Shown here: piece by piece, positions 16,308-25,789 of the stretch | How the letters are laid out: every line of letters begins with the position of its first letter | Numbering within the stretch: the first letter of the stretch is position 1 | DNA from: a virus | Lineage: Duplodnaviria > Caudoviricetes | IMG/VR virus record: IMGVR_UViG_3300023246_000619 | Coordinates: 1-30,570 of that record | Direction: 5' to 3' (one strand) | DNA length: 30,570 nucleotides | Made by a program: the position numbers and the translations under genes | Notes under the pieces: model-generated | What the model was told of the DNA's origin: nothing | The model's input: only the letters and a program-made list of their open reading frames with translations | Database searches by the model: none

Positions 16308-18737
16308 ATGTACACGATTCCTACTGACTTCCTCAGGGAAATATTCCCTCCCTCACTAGAGGGTATTGTTCGCATCGCAATAGCAACACCATCTCCAGAA
16401 GGATTCAGACCGAAACATGGATCCTTTCCAATCGCAGCTTTGCACAGGGGTGAGGATATCGAGTTCGACATTGAAGTCGATAGACTACACAACTTCTTCT
16501 TCACACCACATCCTTACCAGGAAGCTGGCGACTGGCGTAAGGATAACGCAGCCCTCATGACTCAATGCCTGTACATGGACTGCGACGACGAAGACATATC
16601 TCCAGCCGGCTTCAAACCACCCCCTTCAATAGTAGTTGAAACATCCAAGAAGAAACACCATTGTTATTGGCTCCTCGAGGAACCAATAGAGACAACAGAA
16701 GCTGAAAGGCTAAACAAAGCCCTCGCCTATCACTACTTGTCTGTTGACCGAGGCGGTTGGGATCGAAGCCAACTCCTTCGCATCCCTGGATTCAGCAACA
16801 CCAAGTACGATCCCGTCCAAAGTGTCAAGGTCGTTGACGTAGCTTCACCAATGACTCGATACACCCCTGACGATTTCATCGATATTCCCCAGGCACCTGC
16901 TGACATGGCTGCACAAGAACTTCCCACTCCTGATGAGGATACTCTACCCAAGCGGAGGAACCTAAAGGATAAGTTCTCCGAACAGTGGCCAAAGAAGCTA
17001 GACGATGTCCTTGATAGAAGGTCAAAGGACCGTTCAGGGTCTCTTTGGTATCTATACAATCAATGCTTCCGAATGGGGATGACGAGAGACGAAGTCTTTG
17101 CACTTGCTCTCGAGTCGGTGAACAATAAGTTTACCATTCGTCGATACAATCAGTCTCTTGACTTGTGGCATGATTGTGGTAGAGCCCATTCGCAGCACCA
17201 ATTGCCCGAGGACGAGAGACCAATCCTTCGACGCATTGACGACTTACGCAAGACCAAGATGCCTCATCAACAACGGACTGAACTCCTAGCTGACATGTTG
17301 TTTAAGGACATGGAAGTTAGGGGTAGATTCTACTACATCGACGATGAGATCATGTCCGCATTCCATTACAACAAGAGACTTTACGACCTTTCCAAAGGCA
17401 AAGTCGAAACAGGTCACCTTTTGTACCTACTTTATGGGTTGAATGCTACGACAGGAGAATACAATTACCTGCGACAGCACTTCCAAGCCCGGGCTTGTCA
17501 TGAAGGAACGAAAGTAACCCTAAGAACATTAGCCCATTTCAATGTTGAATCAGGGACACTATACATCTCTGATCACAACGACCAATACCACAGGACTAAT
17601 GGTATTGAACAAGACATTCAAGTCAATGGGTTAGATGGTGTCTACTTCTTGACACCAAAGTCATCGAGACCTTACACCCCAATTCGATACAACTACACAG
17701 GGACCGAAGAAGGATTCAGTCTGCTGGATGAATTGATCTTCACCAAGTGTAAGTTCAATGCTCACCTATTGAATCCGGACGATGCTCAATTCCTGGTACG
17801 AGTTTGGTTCTACTCATTGTTCTTTGCCGACCTGCTCGAGACCAAACCCATGCTCATTCTTGAAGGGGATAAAGGATCCGGGAAGACGACTCTGTTCAAG
17901 TCAATGGCTTGGTTACTCTATGGCCCTTCGGGATCCGTTTCGGATGTACCCTTTGAAGAGGCTCAGTTCAAGGAGATGTGTCGTAACCAAAGCCACCTCT
18001 TTTTGGATGGGATTGATAACTCTCTGAGATGGTTACCGAATGCCTTGTCGACAATTGCAACTGGTGTTAGGGAGAGAAGACGTATCCTTTACACCAACAA
18101 TGACATGGCTGAGTACCGACTCCAATGCTCGTTTGGAATCACTACCATGTCTGCTCAGTTCATGAGGGATGATATTGCTGACAGAGCAATCATTCTAGCC
18201 ACTCGGGCTCGGGAAACATTCAAACCTGAGGGTGCATTGAAGGCTGAGATCCTACACCATAGAAATCAACTATGGCATGAGATCATTTGGGATCTGCACA
18301 AGGTGGTTAAGCTGTTGAGGGAAGAAGAGGAAGTCGAAGAACAGCTACGCATGGCTGATTTCGCTCCACTCCTCATCGCAGCCTGCAGGCACCATAACCG
18401 AAACCCGAAACACTTGATTCGATTCATGAAGAAGGCTCAGACTCAAGCTGTCCTTGAACGGGATGTGTTCATGCAAGCACTCCTGAACTGGTTGAGTATG
18501 GAAAAGAACCTAGGGCTTCGAATCAAACCATCCGAACTGTACAGGAAACTAGCCATCCTATCCGATGACCCTGAGTTCACAAAGGTCATCTCGTCTTCAA
18601 TCAAACTAGGGCAGAAGCTTCAGGAAGTTGTACCTGTTCTAGCTGCCCAAGGGTACGAACTACGTTTCAGACAACCGCATCACGGTGGCGGTAGGCTCTA
18701 TGTCTTCTTCCGGATTGACGACGAAGGTGGTGACTGA
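16308..18737 (+). CDS. Primase-helicase (RepB-type primase domain plus P-loop helicase)
   Basis: LYMDCDD, PPSIVVETS..KHHCYWLL and LLRIPG..NTKY in the primase domain; GDKGSGKT Walker A and LFLDGID Walker B. Confidence 0.85.
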   Translation: MYTIPTDFLREIFPPSLEGIVRIAIATPSPEGFRPKHGSFPIAALHRGEDIEFDIEVDRLHNFFFTPHPYQEAGDWRKDNAALMTQCLYMDCDDEDISPAGFKPPPSIVVETSKKKHHCYWLLEEPIETTEAERLNKALAYHYLSVDRGGWDRSQLLRIPGFSNTKYDPVQSVKVVDVASPMTRYTPDDFIDIPQAPADMAAQELPTPDEDTLPKRRNLKDKFSEQWPKKLDDVLDRRSKDRSGSLWYLYNQCFRMGMTRDEVFALALESVNNKFTIRRYNQSLDLWHDCGRAHSQHQLPEDERPILRRIDDLRKTKMPHQQRTELLADMLFKDMEVRGRFYYIDDEIMSAFHYNKRLYDLSKGKVETGHLLYLLYGLNATTGEYNYLRQHFQARACHEGTKVTLRTLAHFNVESGTLYISDHNDQYHRTNGIEQDIQVNGLDGVYFLTPKSSRPYTPIRYNYTGTEEGFSLLDELIFTKCKFNAHLLNPDDAQFLVRVWFYSLFFADLLETKPMLILEGDKGSGKTTLFKSMAWLLYGPSGSVSDVPFEEAQFKEMCRNQSHLFLDGIDNSLRWLPNALSTIATGVRERRRILYTNNDMAEYRLQCSFGITTMSAQFMRDDIADRAIILATRARETFKPEGALKAEILHHRNQLWHEIIWDLHKVVKLLREEEEVEEQLRMADFAPLLIAACRHHNRNPKHLIRFMKKAQTQAVLERDVFMQALLNWLSMEKNLGLRIKPSELYRKLAILSDDPEFTKVISSSIKLGQKLQEVVPVLAAQGYELRFRQPHHGGGRLYVFFRIDDEGGD

Positions 18738-19198
18738 TGGGACAATTAACACATCACCCCAATATGAATAGGGCATTGATGGATGCAATGGTTGTTTATG
18801 CAAACAGACAAGGACCACCTCCAGAGTTCTATGGTAAGGATGGTCTCAAGAAGGGTGATATCCTCGCAGACTGGTGGACTGAAAAGGAGATGTTCCTGGT
18901 CCTTGATGAGATTGCTACGGTCAATTGGTACGAAGGCCCCGAGTGGGTTTATCGTCCACTTGATTCCATGGGAGATCGTTTCAATCGAGACACTGTACTG
19001 GCAAAGATGAATGGAATCACTCTTGGCTGTGTCCTCGACACACCCGAGATGCACCAGATGCTTCAACGATGGGGTTATGAAATCGTAGTTGAACACGTCA
19101 TGTGTGCGAATCGAGGTTCACCCTTCAAGTTCAGAATCATTGTCTTTGACGTCGTACTGTGTAGGGAGAGATCAATCGATGAAGTCATTGGACTATAG
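18737..19198 (+). CDS. Hypothetical protein
   Basis: TGATG coupling to the primase stop; fills the gap to queC. Confidence 0.6.
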   Translation: MGQLTHHPNMNRALMDAMVVYANRQGPPPEFYGKDGLKKGDILADWWTEKEMFLVLDEIATVNWYEGPEWVYRPLDSMGDRFNRDTVLAKMNGITLGCVLDTPEMHQMLQRWGYEIVVEHVMCANRGSPFKFRIIVFDVVLCRERSIDEVIGL

Positions 19199-19907
19199 TA
19201 GTTCAGTCGTCTTGCTCTCAGGGGGTTTGGATTCAACTTGTGCCCTCATCCAAACAAAACTAGACTTCACTGGTGCAGTCTATGCTCTCTCGATCCAGTA
19301 CGGTCAGAGACATGTCAATGAAGTGGCCAAGGCTATTGAAATAGCCCAAGCCCTTATGATTCCAATCAAAGTCCTGGACCTAACACAACTCGGAGGACTT
19401 CTTGCGGGAAGCGCTTTACTCTCCCCCTGTGCAGAGATCCCGAAGGGTCATTACAAAGACCTGACAATGAAGGCAACGGTTGTACCCAATCGCAACATGA
19501 TCCTTCTGGCCCTGGCTGGCGGCTATGCGATCGCACAAGGTGTGGGCAATGTAGTCATCGCAGCCCATGCAGGTGACCATGCAATCTATCCTGACTGTCG
19601 TCAGGAGTTCCTGGACGCAATGAATCGAGCCCTTGGGGTTTGCCATTACGAACCAGTCATGATTCAACGTCCATTCGTTCAGCTGTCCAAGGCTGAGTTG
19701 TTGAGTCAAACGATTACCAATAGCTGGGCCAATTTGGGTTTCAGATCCGAACAAGCCATGGCTAGTTTCCTAGGTGTCCACACATGGTCTTGTTACGAAG
19801 GTAAAGAATTCCATTGTGGTAGGTGTGGAACGTGTGTCGAGAGAAAAGAAGCATTCGCCGAGTCAAGTTACATTGACACAACCGTCTACTTGGAGTCAAC
19901 ATCATGA
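19179..19907 (+). CDS. queC: 7-cyano-7-deazaguanine synthase
   Basis: SGGLDS PP-loop, YGQRH, VPNRN, YPDCR and the WSCY...HCGRCGTC Zn site. Start moved to ATG 19179 (GGGAG RBS). Confidence 0.96.
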   Translation: MKSLDYSSSVVLLSGGLDSTCALIQTKLDFTGAVYALSIQYGQRHVNEVAKAIEIAQALMIPIKVLDLTQLGGLLAGSALLSPCAEIPKGHYKDLTMKATVVPNRNMILLALAGGYAIAQGVGNVVIAAHAGDHAIYPDCRQEFLDAMNRALGVCHYEPVMIQRPFVQLSKAELLSQTITNSWANLGFRSEQAMASFLGVHTWSCYEGKEFHCGRCGTCVERKEAFAESSYIDTTVYLESTS

Positions 19908-20107
19908 CGAAGACAGGAGTGTTCGCAACGGAAGAAGAAGTGGAGTCATTGAAGAAGTCAATGCAGACTCCACTCATCATGCTCCAGTGTGGAATGCCGA
20001 AGTCCCCTCAGAAAAGGTGCCACGAGTTGGCTCTTGTCCACGGGCTTCCGGAGATCACTGGCATGTACGGACTCGATCTCAAGTCGAGGGAATTCGTTAC
20101 CGTTTAG
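19904..20107 (+). CDS. Hypothetical protein (67 aa)
   Basis: ATGA overlap with queC; GGAG RBS. Confidence 0.65.
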   Translation: MTKTGVFATEEEVESLKKSMQTPLIMLQCGMPKSPQKRCHELALVHGLPEITGMYGLDLKSREFVTV

Positions 20108-20114
20108 GTACCCA

Positions 20115-20249
20115 ATGGCAAATAGAATATGTTGGCGTTGTTGTGGTACGGGTTATTTGAATCCGAACACCAAAAGTCCCTGGTGGGTTTGGGTGATCAT
20201 TGTCCTCAGTGGTCTTAGTGCTACTGGTTTGGTATGGCTATGCCATTGA
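20115..20249 (+). CDS. Small membrane protein with CxxCxGxG motif
   Basis: MANRICWRCCGTGY followed by the TM helix WWVWVIIVLSGLSATGLVWL. Confidence 0.45.
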   Translation: MANRICWRCCGTGYLNPNTKSPWWVWVIIVLSGLSATGLVWLCH

Positions 20250-20515
20250 ATGTTATAGTCAAGATACAGATTCCAATCAAACCTGGTGTTGCTTTCGGTA
20301 CAGGGTATGGCGAAGGGCCTCTACTTGTATACGGGCCTCCGGGGTCTGGTATTGGTCCTGTATTCATTCATCCAGACGATCAACCTTCGACTCATCAAGT
20401 AATCATTGACGCAATGGAAGGGAAGGTTAAAGCATTCTTCCCTGCCCAGTTGGCGGAGGATGGTATGTTAAATATCATCACTGACTTAGGAGCCATTGAA
20501 GACCGTGGGTGGTAA
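20234..20515 (+). CDS. Hypothetical protein
   Basis: Tightly packed ORF on the coding strand. Confidence 0.55.
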   Translation: MAMPLNVIVKIQIPIKPGVAFGTGYGEGPLLVYGPPGSGIGPVFIHPDDQPSTHQVIIDAMEGKVKAFFPAQLAEDGMLNIITDLGAIEDRGW

Positions 20516-20516
20516 C

Positions 20517-20729
20517 ATGAAACGATTTCATTTGAAGTTGAGAGCAACTCAAGGGCCCAATCGCATTAGTGTTACGTTCTTCCTGGGCTTCGAAGAGTTC
20601 ACTCTACATAACGCAGGAGTAATCCAGCTCCGTGTGGCTGAGTTCAATTTGATCACCGCCACCTTCTTCCTGACAAATGACATTGTCACCGATTACCTTC
20701 GAGTTAGTCTTGAAAGGGATTGGGATTGA
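20517..20729 (+). CDS. Hypothetical protein
   Basis: ATG 20517 lies just after the upstream stop; the ORF overlaps the helicase start. Confidence 0.5.
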   Translation: MKRFHLKLRATQGPNRISVTFFLGFEEFTLHNAGVIQLRVAEFNLITATFFLTNDIVTDYLRVSLERDWD

Positions 20730-22081
20730 TTACTCTTGATCCATATCAGGATGAGGCTGTCGAGATCCTTAAGTCTAAACGTCGGCACATCCTAGGGGAC
20801 GATTACGGTGTAGGAAAATCGTACCCTGCCATTGAGGCTGCTTGGCAAGTAGCCGGAGCTGGGCCCAAGTTGATTGTTTGCCCAGCGTACCTGATTAAGA
20901 ATTGGATCAGGTACATTCGAGAGATGTATCAGGATCCAAACGAGCCCACGATCTATGTTGCTCAAGGGGCTCAGTATGAAAAGCAGGCAGCTGTCAATGC
21001 TGAAGACGTTGACTGGTTGATTGTTTCCTATGCCATCTTGGCCTATGCATTGGCCCCGAGTAAAGGTTACACTCAACTACTTCGTCGGAGATGGCATTGT
21101 GTTATCTGTGACGAAGCTCATCGTCTTAGGGGTCGAGGAACAAAAGCAACCAAGGCTGCGTACAAGTTGAACACACCGTATCTATTTCTCCTGACAGCTG
21201 ATCCAATTGTCAAAGATGCTGGTGACACGTTTCCTTTACTCCGACTTTGCAACCCGAAAGAGTTCACATCCTATTGGAGGTTCGTAGGTCACCACTGTAG
21301 AATACATAGGACACCTTGGGCCAATAAGGTTGGTGACCTATTCGATCCTAAAGGGTTCAATAAGATGTTGTCTCGACACATGCTTCGAAGGTTACCTCAT
21401 GAGGTAGGGTTAGAATTCCCACCCGAGATGCCGACAACGATCACTGTCGAGATGCCACCTTCAATCAGGAAGACGTATCGGGATGCAAAAGAGAACTGGC
21501 GAGTTGAACATGACGACTTGCCCAAGGCAATCTATGTCAAGAACGGTGGAGCCCTAATACATCACCTTCGGGGCTTAACAGGAACACCTCCTGGGAATAA
21601 AAACCCGAAGCTTGATGCCCTGAAAGGGATCCTAACCGACCGAACGACAAGGCATGTCGCAGTGTATTGTTGGTACAAGGAAACGGCTCGAGTGATTCAA
21701 GAAGCGGTGACTGGTCGAGATTCCTTTCTTGTTACCGGTTCAATTGATCCAATGAAACGTGACGACATAGTCCAGGACTGGAAAGCATCTCGCACAGGGG
21801 TGCTCGTTGCTACGTTGGGATCACTAACCGAAGGAGCCAACCTACAATTCTGTAACCAGGTTGTCTTCTACGAAGAGGATTGGGTACCGAAAACAATTGA
21901 ACAAGCACTAGGACGATTCATCCGTCGAGGGTCTGAATTCGATCAAGTGCTGTCTTGGTACCTACGAGTCGAGAAGAGTGTCGATGAGGGTGTGTTCAAA
22001 GTCCAAGGGAAACGATTGGAACATAAACTTCAAGCACTACTCGAGGAAGTTTTCACACTGGAGGAAGACGATGCTGAGTGA
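20720..22081 (+). CDS. SNF2-family (SF2) helicase
   Basis: LDPYQ Q-motif, DDYGVGKS, LIVCPA, ICDEAH, EGANLQ, QALGRFIRRG. Confidence 0.9.
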   Translation: MGLITLDPYQDEAVEILKSKRRHILGDDYGVGKSYPAIEAAWQVAGAGPKLIVCPAYLIKNWIRYIREMYQDPNEPTIYVAQGAQYEKQAAVNAEDVDWLIVSYAILAYALAPSKGYTQLLRRRWHCVICDEAHRLRGRGTKATKAAYKLNTPYLFLLTADPIVKDAGDTFPLLRLCNPKEFTSYWRFVGHHCRIHRTPWANKVGDLFDPKGFNKMLSRHMLRRLPHEVGLEFPPEMPTTITVEMPPSIRKTYRDAKENWRVEHDDLPKAIYVKNGGALIHHLRGLTGTPPGNKNPKLDALKGILTDRTTRHVAVYCWYKETARVIQEAVTGRDSFLVTGSIDPMKRDDIVQDWKASRTGVLVATLGSLTEGANLQFCNQVVFYEEDWVPKTIEQALGRFIRRGSEFDQVLSWYLRVEKSVDEGVFKVQGKRLEHKLQALLEEVFTLEEDDAE

Positions 22082-22667
22082 TCAGGTTATCTATACCGAG
22101 AGACAAATTCAGACAGCAGTGTCTCGGTTGGCAAAGGAAACGATTGACCACTTAAACACTTACCCGGGAAACGATACACCAATCCATATCCTAGTTGTAA
22201 TGGATGGGGCTTTCGTCTTCGCCTCTGACTTCATCAGGTACTTTGAACATGATGCCGGGGTCATTGTTCATTTCATTAAGGCTACTAGCTACACAGGGGA
22301 CGTTTCATCTGGACATGTCAAGATTGATTTCGTTGGGCCAACTCCCAACCTGGCTGGAGTACGAATAATAGTACTCGATGACATCATTGACTCTGGCGAT
22401 ACGATCTTAGCCATTCACCGTTGGTTAAGTGGGAGGGGTAATAGTTCAACCAGAACCATATGCCTCTTCCGAAAAGTTATTCCGAAGACGATGGCGGAAG
22501 CATACAGGATTGCTCGAGCCCTGATCAGGCATCCGGAGAAAGCATTCGTTCGTCAAATCCATTCGGGCCTGGACGTTGAACCTGGTGAGTTCATTGTCGG
22601 CTACGGCCTTGATTACAATGGGGAGTATCGTCATCTCCCGTACGTTATCCGGTATGAGAAAACCTGA
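22071..22667 (+). CDS. hpt: Hypoxanthine/guanine phosphoribosyltransferase-like protein
   Basis: GAFVFASD, ATSY, the IIVLDDIIDSGDT PRPP motif, FIVGYGLDY...YRHLPYV. Start at ATG 22071 with a GGAGG RBS. Confidence 0.88.
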   Translation: MLSDQVIYTERQIQTAVSRLAKETIDHLNTYPGNDTPIHILVVMDGAFVFASDFIRYFEHDAGVIVHFIKATSYTGDVSSGHVKIDFVGPTPNLAGVRIIVLDDIIDSGDTILAIHRWLSGRGNSSTRTICLFRKVIPKTMAEAYRIARALIRHPEKAFVRQIHSGLDVEPGEFIVGYGLDYNGEYRHLPYVIRYEKT

Positions 22668-22686
22668 AGACCTTTATAGAATTTCT

Positions 22687-22716
22687 TTGAAGGTCTCATA
22701 GGTGTCGTTATATAAT
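22687..22716 (+). promoter_or_regulatory. Sigma70-type promoter P2 with overlapping 29-bp imperfect palindrome (22668-22696)
   Basis: TTGAAG-18 nt-TATAAT; palindrome AGACCTTTATAGAA-T-TTCTTTGAAGGTCT; AAGGAG RBS downstream. Confidence 0.75.
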
Positions 22717-22750
22717 AGAGGTAGCAATCGAGGATCATAAGGAGTCAGCA

Positions 22751-23884
22751 GTGGACATCAGTCATTCAGACATGCAGGCGTTCAAACGTTGTCGATTCAA
22801 ATGGGATCTAACAAGTCCCAGTCGACGATCCCTTCGAACACCAGGTGCTCCTGCAACTGCCCTTTGGTTGGGTTCAGTTGCCCATGAGGGCATTGCCATT
22901 GTGTCCAGTGGCCAAGAGTTGCAGCCGGCATTGGACAAATGGATCCATGCCGAAATGGTTTCAATGGCTGAGACTTATGCCAAGCAGATTGGAACCAGTT
23001 GGGGCCAGGAAGAAGACGACCGAGTAGAAGAGTCAGCTGCAAGGGCTCGACTGTACACTGAACTCTACCTGGATCACTATGGAATTCCTCCCTTCGGGGA
23101 TGAGTTCGAGATCCTGGTCGTCGAACAACCGTTCAAGATTCCAATGCCGGGAACCTACGACGACATGTTCTATGTGGGCACCTGGGACATGCTCATTCGA
23201 AACAAGTTAACCAATGCCTACTGGTTGGTTGATCACAAGACGTTTTCCCAGACACCAAACCCAGAGTTCATCGTCAACTTGAACGAACAATTCGTCGGGT
23301 ATGAATGGGCCTTTGCTCGTTTGTTCCCAGACGATGTCTTGGGTGGATGTATCTACGACGGCATCTACAAAGGTGAACCGACCGAACCCCAGCTGCTCAA
23401 GAAAGGAACCATGTCCAAGAGATGGATCAAGACCACGGCTGGTCTCTACATCAAGAGACTGGTTGAGGCTGGAATGGATCCAAACGATCCCGAGTACGCT
23501 GACTTCGTCGAGAGACTACGCAGCCGAGACAAGAGTCCCGAGAACCCGTTCTTCAAACGTATCATGATCCCTGCCGACTGGGGAGAGATTCGTTCCTGGG
23601 AACGAAACACTTCGGCCATCTTCAAAGACATGGCCTATATCGACGAGTCGGATCCCGCAATCTATCCCAACAGACGTTGGGAAGGATGTTGGGACTGTGA
23701 CACGAAGACTCGTCAAGCTTGTCAAGCTTTCAACGGAGCCCGAGACGAGTCCGAACTGAAAGACGCAGAAGAGCTTCTTCGGTTCTGGATCAAGACCGAG
23801 CCTCCAACGCTGAAAAAGGTCCGGACATTGAAGCCCGGAATCGTCTCCAGTGTCGACGGCCTCGTCGAACTGGCCAACGAATAG
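22751..23884 (+). CDS. PD-(D/E)xK exonuclease (Cas4/AddB-like, four-Cys staple)
   Basis: ISHSDM..FKRC, LGSVAHE, VEQPF, GTWD, LVDHKT, CWDC......C. Confidence 0.85.
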   Translation: MDISHSDMQAFKRCRFKWDLTSPSRRSLRTPGAPATALWLGSVAHEGIAIVSSGQELQPALDKWIHAEMVSMAETYAKQIGTSWGQEEDDRVEESAARARLYTELYLDHYGIPPFGDEFEILVVEQPFKIPMPGTYDDMFYVGTWDMLIRNKLTNAYWLVDHKTFSQTPNPEFIVNLNEQFVGYEWAFARLFPDDVLGGCIYDGIYKGEPTEPQLLKKGTMSKRWIKTTAGLYIKRLVEAGMDPNDPEYADFVERLRSRDKSPENPFFKRIMIPADWGEIRSWERNTSAIFKDMAYIDESDPAIYPNRRWEGCWDCDTKTRQACQAFNGARDESELKDAEELLRFWIKTEPPTLKKVRTLKPGIVSSVDGLVELANE

Positions 23885-23992
23885 TCCACTGCCATGGAAC
23901 AAGACCAGGGGGGGTGTTGCGTCAACCTCACAACCCCATTTTCCCCTTTTCTCCAACGCACCTCTCTCTGGTCTATCCATGTTTAGGGTACA

Positions 23993-24475
23993 ATGAGTAA
24001 CGAACAACTCTATCAGATTCGGTATGAAGCCTTGGCTTCGTCCGTGATTCATTGGAAAAGTCTTCCGGACACGATCCAACGGACACCAATGGATCCAATC
24101 GAACCAAGTATGAAGAAGGCCGGAGCACTTCAGACCATGTTGAATGCCGCAACGCATGGTCCAAAGGTTGACGGCATCCTTCAACTGGCTCTCGAACGTT
24201 ACGCTGTTCTCATTGATGTCAACATGTGGCTTCGACAGTTGGAACAAGTAGGCACATCTGGACCTGCGTACGAAAAACACATGGCTCGGGTTTCAAAACT
24301 GAGAATGGAAATTCAACTAGCCACATACGGCTACACCCAACAAAGGGGCACGACTGAGCCCCGGGAGGAGATCGATTGTCTCGAGAAGAAGTCGTCGACG
24401 GTGGCGAAGAAGCCGTTGAAGAAGAAGTCGAAGCCGTCGAAGAAGAAGTCGACGAGGAAGAAGAAGTCAAAGTAG
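23993..24475 (+). CDS. Hypothetical protein with Lys-rich C-terminal tail
   Basis: Helical N-terminal region; the last ~33 codons overlap the next gene. Confidence 0.55.
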   Translation: MSNEQLYQIRYEALASSVIHWKSLPDTIQRTPMDPIEPSMKKAGALQTMLNAATHGPKVDGILQLALERYAVLIDVNMWLRQLEQVGTSGPAYEKHMARVSKLRMEIQLATYGYTQQRGTTEPREEIDCLEKKSSTVAKKPLKKKSKPSKKKSTRKKKSK

Positions 24476-25281
24476 ACAAGACAGGATCTCCAGTCCTGGC
24501 GCTGCCGGAAGGGTTGAGCTTCTCGACTCCCGGTGAGCTGTCGGATGAATGGGGATTCGATTGTCTCGTCTATGGCAATCCGGGTATCGGGAAGACTACC
24601 TTCTGTGCATCAGCTCAGGATCATCCCCACGGAAGGGATGTTCTAATCATTGATGCCGAAGGTGGAACCCGATCCATTGCCGACAGAGACGACATCAAGA
24701 TTTTTCATCCCACCACCGTTCGGGATGACGATGGTGACGTTGTGGAGTCGGCATGGGAACAGATCTTCCGGATCTATCAGTTCCTTGCCCACGGTGAGCA
24801 TCCATTCAAGACGATTGTAATGGACTCATTGACAGCAGTGCAGGAGCTGGCACTCGAAGACGTGATGCGTTCTTCGAAGACTCCGCAGCTACCCAATCTA
24901 GGTGATTGGGGTAGAACGAACTCCGCCATGCAGAAGATGGTTAAGGCCTGGCGAAACTTTGCTCGTGATCGGGGTTGGAACATTCTATTCACGGCCCTGG
25001 TAACGGAGAAGAAAGACGAGTCGACAGGTGCAATCGTGGGTCGAGCGAAGATGACTCCAGGTTGTGCTGAGATGGTTCTGGGCTTGATGGATTGTGTAGG
25101 CTTCTTGGACATTGGAGACAAGTCCGGGGGACGAGTTCTACACTTCGCCCAGAAGGGTGTGAACATTGCCAAGGTTCGTCAGCCAAGAAAGGGAACAAAG
25201 GAACGTCCCATCCTCCCAGGCCAATTGGATGATCCCGACATGGGGAAAATCCTCGACATCATTTACCGGAAGGAAGAGTAA
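24376..25281 (+). CDS. Sak4-like (AAA_24) ATPase/recombinase
   Basis: LVYGNPGIGKTT, IIDAEGG, TIVMDSLT, DWG; GGGAGGAG RBS before TTG 24376. Confidence 0.88.
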   Translation: MSREEVVDGGEEAVEEEVEAVEEEVDEEEEVKVDKTGSPVLALPEGLSFSTPGELSDEWGFDCLVYGNPGIGKTTFCASAQDHPHGRDVLIIDAEGGTRSIADRDDIKIFHPTTVRDDDGDVVESAWEQIFRIYQFLAHGEHPFKTIVMDSLTAVQELALEDVMRSSKTPQLPNLGDWGRTNSAMQKMVKAWRNFARDRGWNILFTALVTEKKDESTGAIVGRAKMTPGCAEMVLGLMDCVGFLDIGDKSGGRVLHFAQKGVNIAKVRQPRKGTKERPILPGQLDDPDMGKILDIIYRKEE

Positions 25282-25282
25282 C

Positions 25283-25780
25283 ATGGTCGTAAAGGTTGAC
25301 TATGGGGACGGGAGTGATTTCCTCCCCCTCGAGCCTGGTGACTACCGGGCAAACATCTTCGAGATCGAGGAAAGGGAATCCCAGAAGGGAAACACCTACC
25401 TTCGATTGACCCTGAAGCTCCTGAAGCCGTTCGAACGCAGGCGGCTCTGGTTCAATCTCACTCTCATTCCGTCCACGATGTGGAGAGTTCGTCAAGTCCT
25501 CTCCCGCATCGAGGGCAAGGATGCAACCGATTACATCGGTGAAGGAACGATCGACGAAAAGGCGATGCTCGGTGTCGAGATCGTCGTCAGTGTCGGAGCC
25601 CCGAACGAGGACTTCGGCGACGGAACGATCAACGAAGTCCTGGACATCTGGGGCACCGAAGGTCCTCCGGCCGGGATGAAGGAGCCGAAGGCTCTCGACC
25701 CCAAGAAGGCAATCGCCAAGGCCAAGACCAAGGAGAAGACTCCGAACAAGGGCAAGAAGAAGGCAACGGGCGGCTACTAG
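25283..25780 (+). CDS. DUF669-like single-stranded DNA-binding protein
   Basis: F.PLEPGDYRANI.EIE..ES.KGN.YL.LTL; follows the Sak4-like gene as is typical. Start at ATG 25283. Confidence 0.7.
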   Translation: MVVKVDYGDGSDFLPLEPGDYRANIFEIEERESQKGNTYLRLTLKLLKPFERRRLWFNLTLIPSTMWRVRQVLSRIEGKDATDYIGEGTIDEKAMLGVEIVVSVGAPNEDFGDGTINEVLDIWGTEGPPAGMKEPKALDPKKAIAKAKTKEKTPNKGKKKATGGY

Positions 25781-25789
25781 GAACCATTG

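Noticed and set aside
22751-23884. Cas4-like nuclease as evidence of CRISPR-Cas
   Set aside because: No array or other cas genes; it sits in a standard phage nuclease-Sak4-SSB-resolvase module.
23908-23952. Possible intrinsic terminator (G-run...CAACCCC followed by T-rich tract)
   Set aside because: The stem needs bulges and the U-tract is interrupted, so it is too weak to call.
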